Shown: piece after piece, positions 49,325-62,033 of the stretch | How the letters are laid out: every line of letters begins with the position of its first letter | Position numbering within the stretch: position 1 is the first letter of the stretch | NCBI RefSeq assembly: GCF_018977255.1 | Contig: NW_024704758.1 | Location: 5,456,001 to 5,520,000 of the forward strand | DNA: 64,000 nt | Direction of reading: 5' to 3' | Origin: Callorhinchus milii | Lineage: Eukaryota | Made by a program: the position numbers and the translations under genes | Notes under the pieces: generated by a model | Databases searched by the model: none | Told to the model about the DNA's origin: nothing | The model's input: the letters and a program-made list of their open reading frames with translations, nothing else

Positions 49325-50028
49325 TCTCTCTCTCTCTCACTCTCGCTCACTCTCACTCTCACTCACTTGCTGAGTCTGCGTTTGTCTCTCTGTCCGTCTG
49401 TGTGTCTCTGAGTCTGTCTGTCTGTGTGTGTGTGTCTCTCGGAGTCTGTGTGTGTGTGTGTGTGTCTCTCTGAGTCTGTCTGTGTGTGTCTCTCAGAGTC
49501 TGTCAGTCTGTCTGTGTGTGTCTGTCTGTCTGTCTGTCTGTGTGTGTGTGTGTGTGTGTGTCTCTCTGAGTGTCCGTCTGTGTATGTGTGTCTCTCGGAG
49601 TCTGTCTGTGTGTGTGTCTCTGAGTCTGTGTGTGTGTGTGTGTGTGTGTCTCTGTGTGTGCGTTTCTGAGTCTCTGTCTGTGTGTGTCACTGAGTCTCTG
49701 TCTGTCTGTGTTTCTTTCTGTGTCTGTCTGTGTGTGAGTCTGTGTCTCTGAGTCTATGTGTGTGTGTGCGTCTCTGAGTCTCTGTCTGTGTGTGTGCGTC
49801 TCTGAGTCTCTGTCTGTGTGTGTGCGTCTCTGAGTCTCTGTCTGTGTGTGTGCGTCTCTGAGTCTCTGTCTGTGTGTGTGCGTCTCTGAGTCTCTGTCTG
49901 TGTGTGTGCGTCTCTGAGTCTCTGTCTGTGTGTGTGCGTCTCTGAGTCTCTGTCTGTGTGTGTGCGTCTCTGAGTCTCTGTCTGTGTGTCTCTGAGTGTG
50001 TGTTTCTCTTTTTCTCTGTGTCTGTGTA
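49325..50028. repeat. (TC)n/(TG)n compound microsatellite with a 28-bp minisatellite (7 full units from 49770 plus partials)
   Basis: Unit GTCTCTGAGTCTCTGTCTGTGTGTGTGC; the CG recurs at 49769, 49797, 49825 ... 49965. Confidence 0.95.
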
Positions 50029-51563
50029 CCTAGACCAAGCGGGTTCTATCCCCCTCTTCCCTGCAGTGTGACTGAGCATGTGATTCACCTTCACGTTATT
50101 AACCTACTGAAGAAACTCCTTCATATCACCCCTCCAAATCACACGCACAAATAAGATTGTTGCCAAAAGAAATCACCAGCTACCCACATATTTAGTTAAA
50201 CGTGTGCAGAACAACAATCAAAATATTACAGAATTGAGCAGAATATTATGCCAGTACTAGAAGGTTATTACAACACCATGTGAAATGTAGCCTGACAAAG
50301 TGTAACTTGCACATTTTGCAAGGCTTCCCTTTGAAGACGGATTCTGAGGTTTCAAACTAATAGTGCTATTGTATTTCATCTCACTGGTGCCATTCTCTCT
50401 TAATATGAACCTGCTCTTAACTCTGAGCTGTGCTAACATAAAAGCCCCATCATTTCTAAGGAGAGAAAAGCATTGATTGGTGCTGATTATGTACAATCGG
50501 CTGCTGCGGTTCGCCCTTAAAATATACAATTAATTCACATCACAGTATATCCCGTGATGCGCTTTGAGACGTCTCTAACAATTGATAAGATGCTATATCA
50601 GATGCAAGGATTATTATTCCTGTGTTGAGCCCCACCCCCTCACCTGCGAAAGAGAAATAGTCTCTAAAATAATGGGTAGTGTGTTCACTTTGAGGGCAAA
50701 CTGGACCCATGGCAAGCATTGCCAGTAATGCAGAAAGATTTCTTGACTCAGACAGAAGTCTGGTTCAATATTGTGTAATGGATAACTTTCCCATGGGAGG
50801 ATGCATACAACCTTGATGTGAAGTCTTGACTAGGCTGCACATCTTTTCAAATATATAGAGGTTTACCCGCATGAAATCCTGTAAAGTGCTCTGAGACGTC
50901 TCAACAAAGTGACGAGACCCTTTATTAACTGCAAATATTGTTATTGGGGGATCCACTAACTATCATCAGGAATCCCAAAGGAACAGGGAATTAGGAACAG
51001 AATTCATCCCATCAAGCCCATTCCACCTTACCATTCTATGGCCCGTGTACCATAATCTATCCTAGCTCTACCTTCCTGCTATATTCCTTGAAATCTGTAC
51101 TTGCCATCTCATTTCTGGGATAACCATCACTGAATTTTCTTGTAAAAGAAAAGAGAATTTATATCAGATGATCACACAAAAGGTTCAGGTGAAGGGGACC
51201 TTTCGGTCCATTCTCATCCTTCCAGGAAAACAATCTGCCAATCCATTAACAACTGGGTTCATACTTACTGCTAGGTAAACAGAGGTGTGTGAAATGAGAA
51301 AACTTGCCTAATGTTTTGCCCTGCCCGGGAATTGAACCCATGTCCTCCCACTTGGGAAGTGAGTGCTCTAACTAATATGCTACAGGATTCGACTATAGCA
51401 ATCCACTATAACAGGACTCCATTGCTCTATAACTGGGCAATGCAGTTATAAGGAAAGTTATTTTAAGAATCATCTTAAGAATAGTGGAACACTGATTCTT
51501 TTAGAAACAAATGCATTGTGGTAACATTTTTGGTAAGTTGACCTTTTGTTTGTGTGATCTCAG

Positions 51564-51685
51564 GTTTTCGGAATCCAGTCATCTGCACCTCTACATGCCA
51601 GCTGGCATGGGCTTCATGGCTGCCGTCACTTCGATTGTTTATTATCACAACATCGAAACATCAAACTTTCCCAAACTATTACTAG
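51564..51685 (+). CDS. ABCC8: ABCC8 coding exon 3, 122 nt
   Basis: gatctcag|G TTT...CTA G|gtatgt. Encodes [40 protein letters not shown]. Confidence 0.96.
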
Positions 51686-53147
51686 GTATGTCTCTTTGTA
51701 GTGCTGATAGACTTGTACTGCTTTTTTTTTCGGGCACTGCTATCGTTCGCTCACAAAACAATAACGACCTTACAGTATGTCCCGTGAAGCGTTTTGAGAT
51801 GTGGTCCTGGTGTGAAAGCTGCAATACCAAATGCAAGGATTATCGTTATTCCTGTATGAAGTGACATCAGCAGTGCTTCTGGTACATAGGAAGTGATTCC
51901 AGTGATGTTTGAACTTTGTTTTTGTGCGGAAAGCTGGTTGGTATTTGTAGATAGTGCAGGTACACAGGACCATTGCGCTGTACCACAAGCAAACCTACCC
52001 TTAAACCAAAAGCTTATACCAGGGTCGCCCTGCACTGCCAGTTCTTGCAAAGTATTGGAGGTATGCTTCACATCTACACAGAGTGAGTTTCATGAATGAG
52101 TTTCTTTCTGCCAATATTTAGACAGAAATGGCTGAGATCTTTGTTAAACGAGGCACTTTTGTTGGGTTGAACTAATTAAGCAGTCAATAAGTGCACTCCC
52201 TTGGGCACCCGTTAATGGCACAATCACAACTAAAGGGTCAACTGGATACCATATAATGACCAACTGATTATGTTCTTTAAAGGCTCATTGCCTGTATAGC
52301 CGTAATTTGTAGCCAAAGCTGCTTCTTGGCACGTGAACCTGTAGACTATTAATATGAATTCTGTTGAACTGTCCCTTTAAGAAGAGACTGTCTCTCTCTT
52401 TCTCTGCACATGGTCAGGCTGGCAGAAGCACGTCAATGCTCCTGAAATAACTTGTGTTGTCCACTGCTGAAGGATGGTATCAACCTTAACCATCACTATG
52501 GTACACAACGATATCTCTGAGTGACTGATAGTGTAACAGATCATAGTGGTTGAACATTGTACTAACCTACATCATGAGATGATATATTGTAGATTTAATC
52601 TAATAGTTAAAAGTATCTATATCCAGGCCACCTGAATGTGGCTGTAAAGGGACTCACCGTGGGTCGGAGAAAGTTTTGAGTCATCCTCCCGAAGAGGAAA
52701 GGCATTATATAAATACAAGTTGTTGTGGTTGTGTTATTACTGCCCTGCTGCATCAGTGAGTCAAAGCCCTGACAGGTAAGGCAATGCTTGCCTAATGAGT
52801 ACTATACTACCTGGTTGTTTTAAACACGTTAAGTCATCCTTTCAAAATGAGAGATGCTGTATAAATGTAAATAGTGTTTTTGTAGTCATTGCTGTTGCCA
52901 GAAGGTGAGGAATAGTGACTAAGATATGCAGTGCTTATTTTTCAACTTTTTTAAAAAAAAGTTGTTCCTTGTGACAACTGCTGAACATTGCTGTGTGCAA
53001 ATTGGCTGTCACGATCCGTCTCCAAAATAATCCATTCGCTACGCTTTTCAGTAAATCCCATGAAGCACTTTGTGACACCCACCTGACTTGAGATAATCAG
53101 CACTAACTTGTATAGTGCTCTTCACACTGGGTAGTGTCTTGGAGTAC

Positions 53148-53198
53148 AGTACAGTATTAAATGTAAAGACTGTAAATCTTTACATTTAATACTGTACT
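53148..53198. repeat. Perfect 22-bp inverted repeat with a 7-nt loop
   Basis: AGTACAGTATTAAATGTAAAGA-ctgtaaa-TCTTTACATTTAATACTGTACT. Confidence 0.95.
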
Positions 53199-54827
53199 TT
53201 TCACATCAAGAGGGCATCTTAAAGTGCCTGACAGGATTTTACTGTAATGCGTGATACTGTATAATTCATAGGCAAAGGTGGCAGCCAATTTGCACATATG
53301 ACTGTCCCATAAACAGCCACCAATTTTATTTGGGGCATTGTCAGCCAGGGGACCAAATGAAAGTTTTTATTTAAAGTTTTAATTAGCAGATGGAATGGGC
53401 TAAGAAAACCCTGCAATTGTATTCATATTCCTGAATTAGCAACGATATTCGTTAATCATCAATCACTTGTGGTGCTCTTCCCAACCTCTCGCCTCCCCCC
53501 CACCCACCATACCCACACCCAGTGTAGTGACTATGTACTTTTAATTGAATGGCTTCTCGTGTTAAGAAAGAGCCACAAATGCCTGCCTTCTGCCCACAAC
53601 ATAAAGTAACTCATTTCGCAGAGTATTTGGATCTGTCAGGGCTTTGGCTCATACAGGGTTAAGAACCAACCCTAAATTTATCCGTTAAGTATTGAAGAAT
53701 TGAACTAGAAACATTCATCAAAAAAAGTATTCGGCGCAACAATTGGTCAAATCCCAACCGAATCCTCTGAAGCAAAAGTTTTAATCCAGCAAGACGTGGA
53801 CACAATATGCAGTGATTATTTTAACCCTTTAAATTAAAGTTAGATGGAAGCATGTGCAGGCTGGTTTGTTTTATGGGAATTAATAAATATTAATAATACT
53901 CCTTGCATTTGATATAGCACCTTATCACATCTTCAAGACATCTCAAAAAGCTCCGCAGAATATACTGTAAAGTGAATTGGCTGTAAATTTTGTGGGCGAA
54001 AGGAAATATAGGAAAAAACGGGCAGTGATTTCCTCCTCCCTTGGATTCACATAGCCTCACAAACCACTAGTAGAGATTCAGTGAGCAGCGAAGTTGTAAA
54101 TCCCTGATATTAAGTGACCTTCACATCCGCGTGTACGTGTGTGTCCTCTCACCTGTATGTATTACTCCAATAAAACTGAAACCTCATAGATGGTAATTAA
54201 AAGCCTGAGGTCTATCACAAAACTTAACATCTTTGATATTAAAAAAAAGGGTTTGCAGGGACAAATAACTAGGGAATCTGGGTTTCAAATTCTTTGAAAG
54301 ACTGTATTGATATCCTTTTTTGTATACAGATACACAGTCAATCAGCATGGAAATAGGCCATTTGGCTTAACTAGTCCATGTCAGTGTTTGTACTCCACAC
54401 AAACCTTCCAGCAGTGAGTTCCACATTGTTGCCATCCTCTGCATGAAGAAATTCTTCCTAAACTTAGCACAAAGTAGTCTTTACCACTGAAGCTTAGTAC
54501 AAATAATTAGACTTTATAATCTAGTATATTGGCTACAATTGGTTGCTAAATTTCGCCCACAAAATATACAGTCAATTTACTTCACAGTATATTCTGTGAA
54601 GCCTTTGAGATGTCTCATAGACATGATAAGGCACTATATCAAATGCAAAGATTATTATTGTAAGCTATAATAGCAAGAACTTGAAGATACAAACCAAGAT
54701 ATTTCCCCTCAAGGCCTTATGTTTCTGGTTTCTTTAACAGAAAACTTCATTAACTGTGTCAATTCTGGCATTTGCTCTATTTTTGGCTTAGTTGGGATGC
54801 TAAGAATGGTGTTCCTTTACCTTGCAG

Positions 54828-54994
54828 CCTTGCTGGGCTACTGGACTATTGCCTTCATCACAAAAACAATAAAATTTGCCAAGTTTTGTGAGCTGGGCAT
54901 TGGGTTGAGCCAGCTCCGCTTCTGCATTGCTGCACTGCTGGTCGTGTTATATGGGATGCTATTGGTGGTGGAAATCAACGTCATCAGAGTGCGG
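54828..54994 (+). CDS. ABCC8: ABCC8 coding exon 4, 167 nt
   Basis: cttgcag|CC TTG...CGG|gtaagt. Encodes (A)[55 protein letters not shown]. Confidence 0.96.
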
Positions 54995-57171
54995 GTAAGT
55001 GGGTGTGGGCAGTGTCTGTCTCTGCAATGTCATCTTAGACTATGTGAGTTCAAAATCCCAATGTGGGGCTTGAACCCACAACATTGGCCTCCGAGGCGAG
55101 CGTGCAACCGGCTGAGCCAGGTTGACACATGAAAATGTATAGAGTTAACAGGCTGAATAGTTTTTTTTTGCATTTCAGTAACATTCCTAGTGCAGGAATT
55201 TAAATAAAATCCAGCGACATCCACATTCACTTGGTAAGGGCACTGCCAGTTGGACATATTATAATCCTTGCATTTGATATTGCGCCTTATCAAGTCTTCA
55301 AGACATCTCAAAGCGCTTCACAGAATATACTGTAATGAATTGACTGTATGTTTTGTGGGCGAAACACACATTGTACTGTGTGTTCATATGTCCTGGGCCC
55401 TGAGGATGATTCTTACATTAAGCTGGCATAGTGCTGAGGGAAGAAGCGTAGCAAGTCTTCGGTCTAAGGTGAATCTAAATCTGAGCCCTAGGAGGTTCCT
55501 GATACAGATCTTGTCCATTTCAAACCAGTTATAGCAGCCTGGAGACTGGGTGTGGGAGATGTGCTGTTGAGTGTATTTATTTACTAGAGCGACAGCTGCA
55601 GAAGTATTGAATTACGTGCTGTAATTCCAATTCTGCTTTATTGCTATGTTTCCCCCAAGCTTGCACACGACTGTTCACCACTTTTCAAAGGCTGCATTTT
55701 AATATGATTGTATTTCACACACCAGTGGCTTCATTAAAATATACACTTATCCCCATCTGGCAGTTGATTCATTAAATAAACATAGAACACTGTTATAAGT
55801 AACTAAATAAAATCCTTGCAATTGATTCTTGCATACATATATTTTTAACAATGTTTCTTGTTACTGAAGTCACTGGCTTTGATCTGAGGCCTGCTCTTAT
55901 GCCTCCAAATATAAGGATTGAAATGATTTCCGATCCAATTCTGTCCCTGACTTTCTATTTTGGTCCAGATGCCTTTATAGTTCAGCCTGAGATACTTTCT
56001 AAATTGGTCGTACTTGTTAGACTGAGAAGAAATGCTGGTGACTTTCTCTTAAGGATTCTAACAATTAGGAAGCCTTGTGTTCTGCCTGGCCTACAGGAAT
56101 CCAAAGAAATCTCTTAGATATCTGAACATCATTCCAATTTCTGTTGTGATCAACAGTGACCACTCAGTAATGTCAGATGCACTTGTGTACTAAACTAAAG
56201 AGGTCAAATTATAAATTGGGGAAGTAAAAGGAAGTTCAAACATCCAGGACAATGTAATCCATTGCACACCATGTGGAAATAGAACTGTATAATACACCTG
56301 AAATACAGCAGCATATCAAATGGAAGCAGTCTTTCTTGTATATCTGATGGCCTTTGTATCGAGAGAGAAACAAGAAATCAAATTGACCTTAGAGCAGAAA
56401 TGGTATTACAAGGGCTTGTTATTTGTCCACTTCGGATGGGTATTGCCAACAGCACAGACTTTCCAAAGTGCAGAGCCAATAAACTCAGCATTGCAAGAGA
56501 GATATTTTCAAATTACTTTGCAAATAATTTAGTGCGAAAAGCATTTTGATAAAGTATTCTTCAAGTTTGATCGGTTTACATTTAATTGCTGGTCATGACT
56601 GCAGGGAACATTACAGGCTTCAGCAATACTTCTTGTGCCTGGAGATGTGAATTCAGGCAACCTCTGTCAAGTTACTTCTACCCTAAGCTTAGTACCCTAT
56701 GACATTTCTACTATGCATATCTCTGCAGGCTGCCAAGGAAAGAGGAAGGTAGTGTAAAGTGTGTGAATTGGTTAGCTGTAATGTCTCGGGTTCTTCTTTA
56801 CCTTGCATGTGTCTGGTCTTCACTTCAGTGACAGAGGGAAATGCAGAAGGGGCTTCTCCATAGGGAGAAAGGGGAAACTAGTGTTGGAGTTGCCTTGGGA
56901 TGATTTAGTGCAAACATAACAAGACTGACACTAGCAAAGGCTTGGGAGCCAACATGAAAGGTGTTGCATCAGATGCAAGGATTACTATAATATTCAGAGA
57001 ATTCTATTCCAGGCTGCTTTCAGTGAAGTTTTTGATGTCAGACATCAGTTGATGGCTACAAAAGGATGTTAACAATTCTGAGATCAATTGCCAGAGGCTG
57101 TGAATTTGCTCTGCTCAGACTGCTGATGTGATAAGCTCCCAACATGCTTCCCTTGGCTGTTTTTAGGAGAA

Positions 57172-57545
57172 GTGAAGTCTTAGTGTATTGGTTAGAGCAC
57201 TTGTCTCGCAAGCGAGAGGACTTGGGTTTGTTTCCCAAACAGGGCGAAACATTGAGCAAGTTTCCTTACTCCACATGCCTCTGTTTACTTAGCAGTAAAT
57301 AAAATCCGGTTGTTTGTGATTGGTGGATTGCTATTCTGGGAGTAATAATGCCTTCAAAAAATAAATAATTCAAAATAGTAATTTGGCCATTCAATTCATA
57401 ACTGTTAGTGGGACACTGCTGTGCTCAATTGGCTGCCACTTTTCACCCACAAAATATAGTCAGTTCACTTTACAGTATTTTCTGTGAAGTGCTTTGAGAC
57501 AGCTCGAAGACTTGATAAGGTGCTATATCAAATGCAAGGATTAAT
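57172..57545 (+). mobile_element. Longer-variant SINE ending ~30 nt upstream of ABCC8 exon 5
   Basis: tRNA head, an extra segment (gcctctgtttacttagcagtaaat...gattggtggattgc), Deu core and tail. Confidence 0.85.
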
Positions 57546-57576
57546 ATTGCTGACTGGGTTGTTTGTACTATCTTAG

Positions 57577-57819
57577 CGTTACATCTTCTACAAGCATTCA
57601 CGGGAGGTGAAACCTCCAGAGGACCTACAGGATTTGGGGGTGCGATTCCTACAGCCCTTTGTCAACCTGCTGTCCAAAGGTACTTACTGGTGGATGAACA
57701 CCTTCATCACAACTGCACACAAGCGGCCGATTGACCTGAAGGCCATCGGCAAGCTTCCTTTCGCAATGAGGGCCGCCACCAATTACATCGACTTGAAGGA
57801 CGCTTATGACGCACAAAAG
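57577..57819 (+). CDS. ABCC8: ABCC8 coding exon 5 (L0 linker), 243 nt
   Basis: tatcttag|CGT...AAG|gtaaag. Encodes [41 protein letters not shown]...DAYDAQK. Confidence 0.96.
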
Positions 57820-58284
57820 GTAAAGGATTTCATTACTCATGACGAATGGATGAATAGGCAGAGATCAATTTTGTTGAAGGCCTCTTCATAGCCATTGTGG
57901 TTGGCCTAGAGAGCGAGAATCTGCGTTTTGCCTCCAAATAAACTAAGGCAGGCAATACACGTTGCCATCAGTTTCTCACTGCCCTACACCCTGTACATGC
58001 AATAATACTCATTCATTCTCTGCATGTAAGACCAATTTCTCAGGACGAGGAATGCCAGGTTAGAAGAAGCTTCAAATCCCCCATCTCCCTCCACCCCTGT
58101 TAACGATATGGTCCTCTTTATCATGTGTAAATTTTATGCATTAACTCACTTAAGTAGCAATACAAACTGAATACACGTGTTATCTTTGCCTCTCGTGCAT
58201 CTAATTACATTGTCACGTCATGTCAGAGGGAGCATGAGATTCGAGGAATTAATCAAGCAACCCCTGCGTCAATGAGGGAAGCCT

Positions 58285-58487
58285 TTTTCACATTCAAGGC
58301 TCATGACATTAACAGGCTGTATCTACTTGTTGGTGAGTCAAAATTGAGGAGGCATAAATATGAAACACCCTGGAGCAGATCTAAAAGGGAGTTTAGGAGG
58401 AACTTCTCAATCCAGAGGGTGTCTCTGCCAGAAGCTGTGGGTGAATCCGAAAGCATCAATACACTTAAGAAGAAACTTAACATGTAA
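58285..58487 (+). mobile_element. CR1-clade LINE ORF2 3' remnant
   Basis: Translates to ESKLRRHKYE...SKREFRRNFSIQRV...LPEAVGESESINTLKKKLN, resembling the CR1 TRGH..K...RRNFFTQRVV..W..LP...FK..LD motif. Other CR1-like tails at ~60440-60710 (-), 47300-47420 (+), 7430-7600 (-) and 54330-54460 (-). Confidence 0.7.
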
Positions 58488-59813
58488 CATAAATCCTCCT
58501 ATGACAGGGTCTCGCTCGGTTTAATTCCTCAGACATTCACTGCAGTGCTAAATAATGAGTCCAACTTCTTTCAAAACAATAATGCAGTGTCTGTGCTTGT
58601 GTCCATAATTGCTAGAAAAATGTATCAAAATATTACTTAAACAACACCCTCTTAAATTTCACTGATTATGCCCAATATTTTGCAGCTGAACTAATTTCAC
58701 ACCCAAAAGGCTTTCATTTTCAGTTGCGTTTTGTATTATATCAGCCTTCAGAACAGAAAAGGCTCTTTGCAGGTTTTGATAGCCACACACACAGATGTAC
58801 ATTGACTTCAAGAAAAACCTGTACACGAAGATCTACATTCACTGACAAAGCATATTAAATCCTGCGAAATGATTTCAGACATCTTGCACATGTTACAGGT
58901 GCTTTTTGAAATACAAGGTTTTTCTTTACATTTATACTATATTATTGCACACACTTCAATTGAATATAATTTGGAAGCTGGACTTGTTTTACACTTGAAA
59001 TGTAAATCTCCAAATATTCACTTAAATAATTGAAAATGAGTATATTTATTACATGCTTAAAATTAAAATACGGAAGTACATTCTTAAAGGTACATAGTTT
59101 TCAAAAGCAATGCTGCTTCTGCAATAGCTCAGGTAAAGCCACCACTGAAATATGGGATCTGTGCTGAAATCCTGTACTAGTGATTCAGGTCCATGTTAGA
59201 AGGATACCATTTCAACGATGAGTTCCCAGTTTCTTGGCCAATATTCCCCCCTCATCCGAACTCACCAAAATGTCAATGCATTAAATTTCCACCTCACAGC
59301 TGGTTTTAGACCTTGTTGGTGCATATTAGCTGCAATGATTAATTACACAGAATCAGTCGTTGTGCTTAAAAGCAAATTACTGTATATGCTCAGATAAGTG
59401 ACTTGAAAACAATGTATGAAGTGCATTGAGACCTTGTGACGTAAGCTGTGGTATCGAATGCAAATACCATTGAACTTGGTTCCAAACCACTTTGCTAAAA
59501 CGCACATTTACCTATAACGCGGTTTGTGCTCCAAAACATTTTCCTACCTGAACACAAAGTGGGCGACGACGGGTATGAAATGTGACAGCGGGATTTCACG
59601 TGGGGATGGAGTCGGCATGCGCAGTGTCGTCTCTGGTGTTGCCAAGTACTGTGTTATAATGGGGATTAGAATTTTACGAACCCCAACTACCGCCTTATAA
59701 CACAATCCCACGGTATTTTACTTGATATGATTTGCTACGTTAAGGAATTGACTATTAAAATGCATCGTACTATGCGCTTGCTTTAACGTTGAATGTGCTT
59801 CTGTCTATTGTAG

Positions 59814-60002
59814 AAGAAGACCTCCATTGGCCCCCAGGGCTCAAAGCTGATTTGGCGAGTGTTACGGCAGGCGTTCGGGCGTCCCATCGTCCTCAGCAGT
59901 ACATTCCGCATCATGGCCGACTTACTGGGATTCGCAGGCCCTCTGTGCATCTCTGGGATTGTACATCACCTGAGCGATGAAAACAAAACCTTCCGACCTC
60001 AG
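59814..60002 (+). CDS. ABCC8: ABCC8 coding exon 6, 189 nt
   Basis: ctattgtag|AAG AAG...CAG|gtacag. Encodes [63 protein letters not shown]. Confidence 0.93.
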
Positions 60003-61302
60003 GTACAGTGGGGTTCAAGCTACCTTTCAACTTTAAGGTCCTCCCCCTCACCTGTAAATCTCTTCATGCTAGTACCACCTCCCTACCACTGTGATCTTCT
60101 CTTACCCCACTCCTCAGCTTGACACCATTGATAGCTGAACCTTCATCTGAACCACCGGCAACCTCTGGAATTCTCTCTCTCTGCCTTTCTGTCTCACCTC
60201 TATTTGTCTTGAAATCCCATCTGAAACCCTATTTCTTTGGCTGCATCTGTGGTCACCTGCCAACACCCTCCCACCAACCCCCACCATCTTTCCCTTACTC
60301 CACCCCCATGTCTGTAAAGCATTTAGAGGTATTATTCAAAGTGAAGGTGTTACTCACAATCTAGGCTGACACGGCAGTGCAATGTTGGAAGAGTGCTATT
60401 ATTGTTGGAGGTGCTACCTACTGAGCCAGTTTGATTTCAGAAACATTGAAGTGATAGAGGAGAATTATAGGAACTTAGGAAATGCTAGAGGATCAAAGAC
60501 CAATGTCCATCCAGTTCACCTCCCACCATCCTGGGAGTCGCATGCACATGTCTTGTCTGGAACTACTCATATACTGTATCCAAGAATATTATTTCCTAAA
60601 AGAAATCTATCTTAATTTGCATTTGAAAGAATCGACACTTTCTACTTCCACAGACTCCCTAGGGAGCCTGTTCCATAGATTTACCAGTCGCTCATCAAAA
60701 TAGTGTTTCCACATATGACTTTGTGGGACATTGCTGTGCATGGATTGGCTACTGAAATAGAATACTTTATATTAAATCCCGTGAAGTGCTTTGGAACTTC
60801 CTACTGATGTAAAAGGCGCTGTATCAAATGCAAGGATTATTGTTTCCCTATTCCTAATCCCTTTTGTGCCAGACTAGCTCAGTTGGTAGCTCTCTTACCT
60901 GTACTGATTACATCATATGACTGTAAAGTAATATTTTAGAAGTGCATGTCTTGTTTCAATCTATAGAAGAGAAAGGTCAGCGCTGTTGTAAGTTTCCATT
61001 GTAATGTGGGGACAAAATAATTACTGTCATGAAAAGCACTTGTAGTGGGCTTAGTCAGCCTGACATTTCACAGCAAAAGCCTTGATTGATGCTAGAATAG
61101 TTTAGGGATTAGTTTTCAATTCGGAACACTGAATTGCATGTGGTTTTCAGGATTGCATTGTTATAAGTGGTCTTCAATACAGCAAAGCGGATAGGTTGGG
61201 GTCCCAGTAATAAACTACTGTCCCTTTGAGTTGACTTGGGATTTGCAGTGGCAAAAGGACTTCCTTTGGTGCCAACACATTATTAAAAAACAGAATGTCT
61301 AA

Positions 61303-61551
<249 letters not shown>

Positions 61552-61706
61552 TAGAATTTGTCGTGTTGCTAAGATATTTCCTCTTGGGATGGTTTCTGCC
61601 AATTGGTCTCTTTTCTCCCTTTCTTGTTGCAGTATTTTGACTCTTGTTTTCCTTCTATCAGACCAGGCACCCTGCAATGCTGCTTGTCAAAGCCCCCTCT
61701 TCATAT

Positions 61707-62033
61707 GGAGTCCTGTAGCTCAGTGGTTAGAGCACTCGCTTTGCAAGTGAGAGATCTGAGTTCAATTCCAGACAGGGCGAAACCTTGGGCAAGTTTCCTT
61801 ACTCCACACAGAGCCTAATAATAATCCCTCCAAAACCAAAAACAATAATAAATTGGTCATATTCAATCTACGACTGTTTGTGGGACATTGCTGTGCGCAA
61901 TTGGCTGCCGCGTTCGCCCACAAATATACAGTCAATTCACTTTACAGTGTGTTCTGTGAAGCGCTTTGGGACGTCCTCCCGACGTGAAAAGCGCTATATC
62001 AAATGCAAGGATTATTATTATTATTATTATTAT
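61707..62033 (+). mobile_element. Young full-length tRNA(Ala-like)-derived SINE with Deu-like core and L2-type tail
   Basis: A box TAGCTCAGTGG, anticodon-arm-like CTCGC-TTTGCAA-GTGAG, B box GTTCAATTCC, core TGTTTGTGGGACATTGCTGTGCGCAATTGGCTGCCGCG, stem-loop at 61961-61994, (ATT)n tail. Confidence 0.93.

Noticed and set aside
49770-49990. Regular 28-bp repeats as a CRISPR-like array
   Set aside because: Head-to-tail units with no unique spacers, in a vertebrate intron with no cas genes.
49424-50094. Cys/Val- and Thr/His-rich ORFs
   Set aside because: Translations of the TG/TC microsatellite and the 28-bp minisatellite.
61707-61781. tRNA-Ala(TGC)-like cloverleaf (also at 20823, 40207, 28334, 62870)
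   Set aside because: Always fused to the SINE body and tail, with imperfect T and acceptor stems that vary among copies. It is a SINE head, not a tRNA gene.
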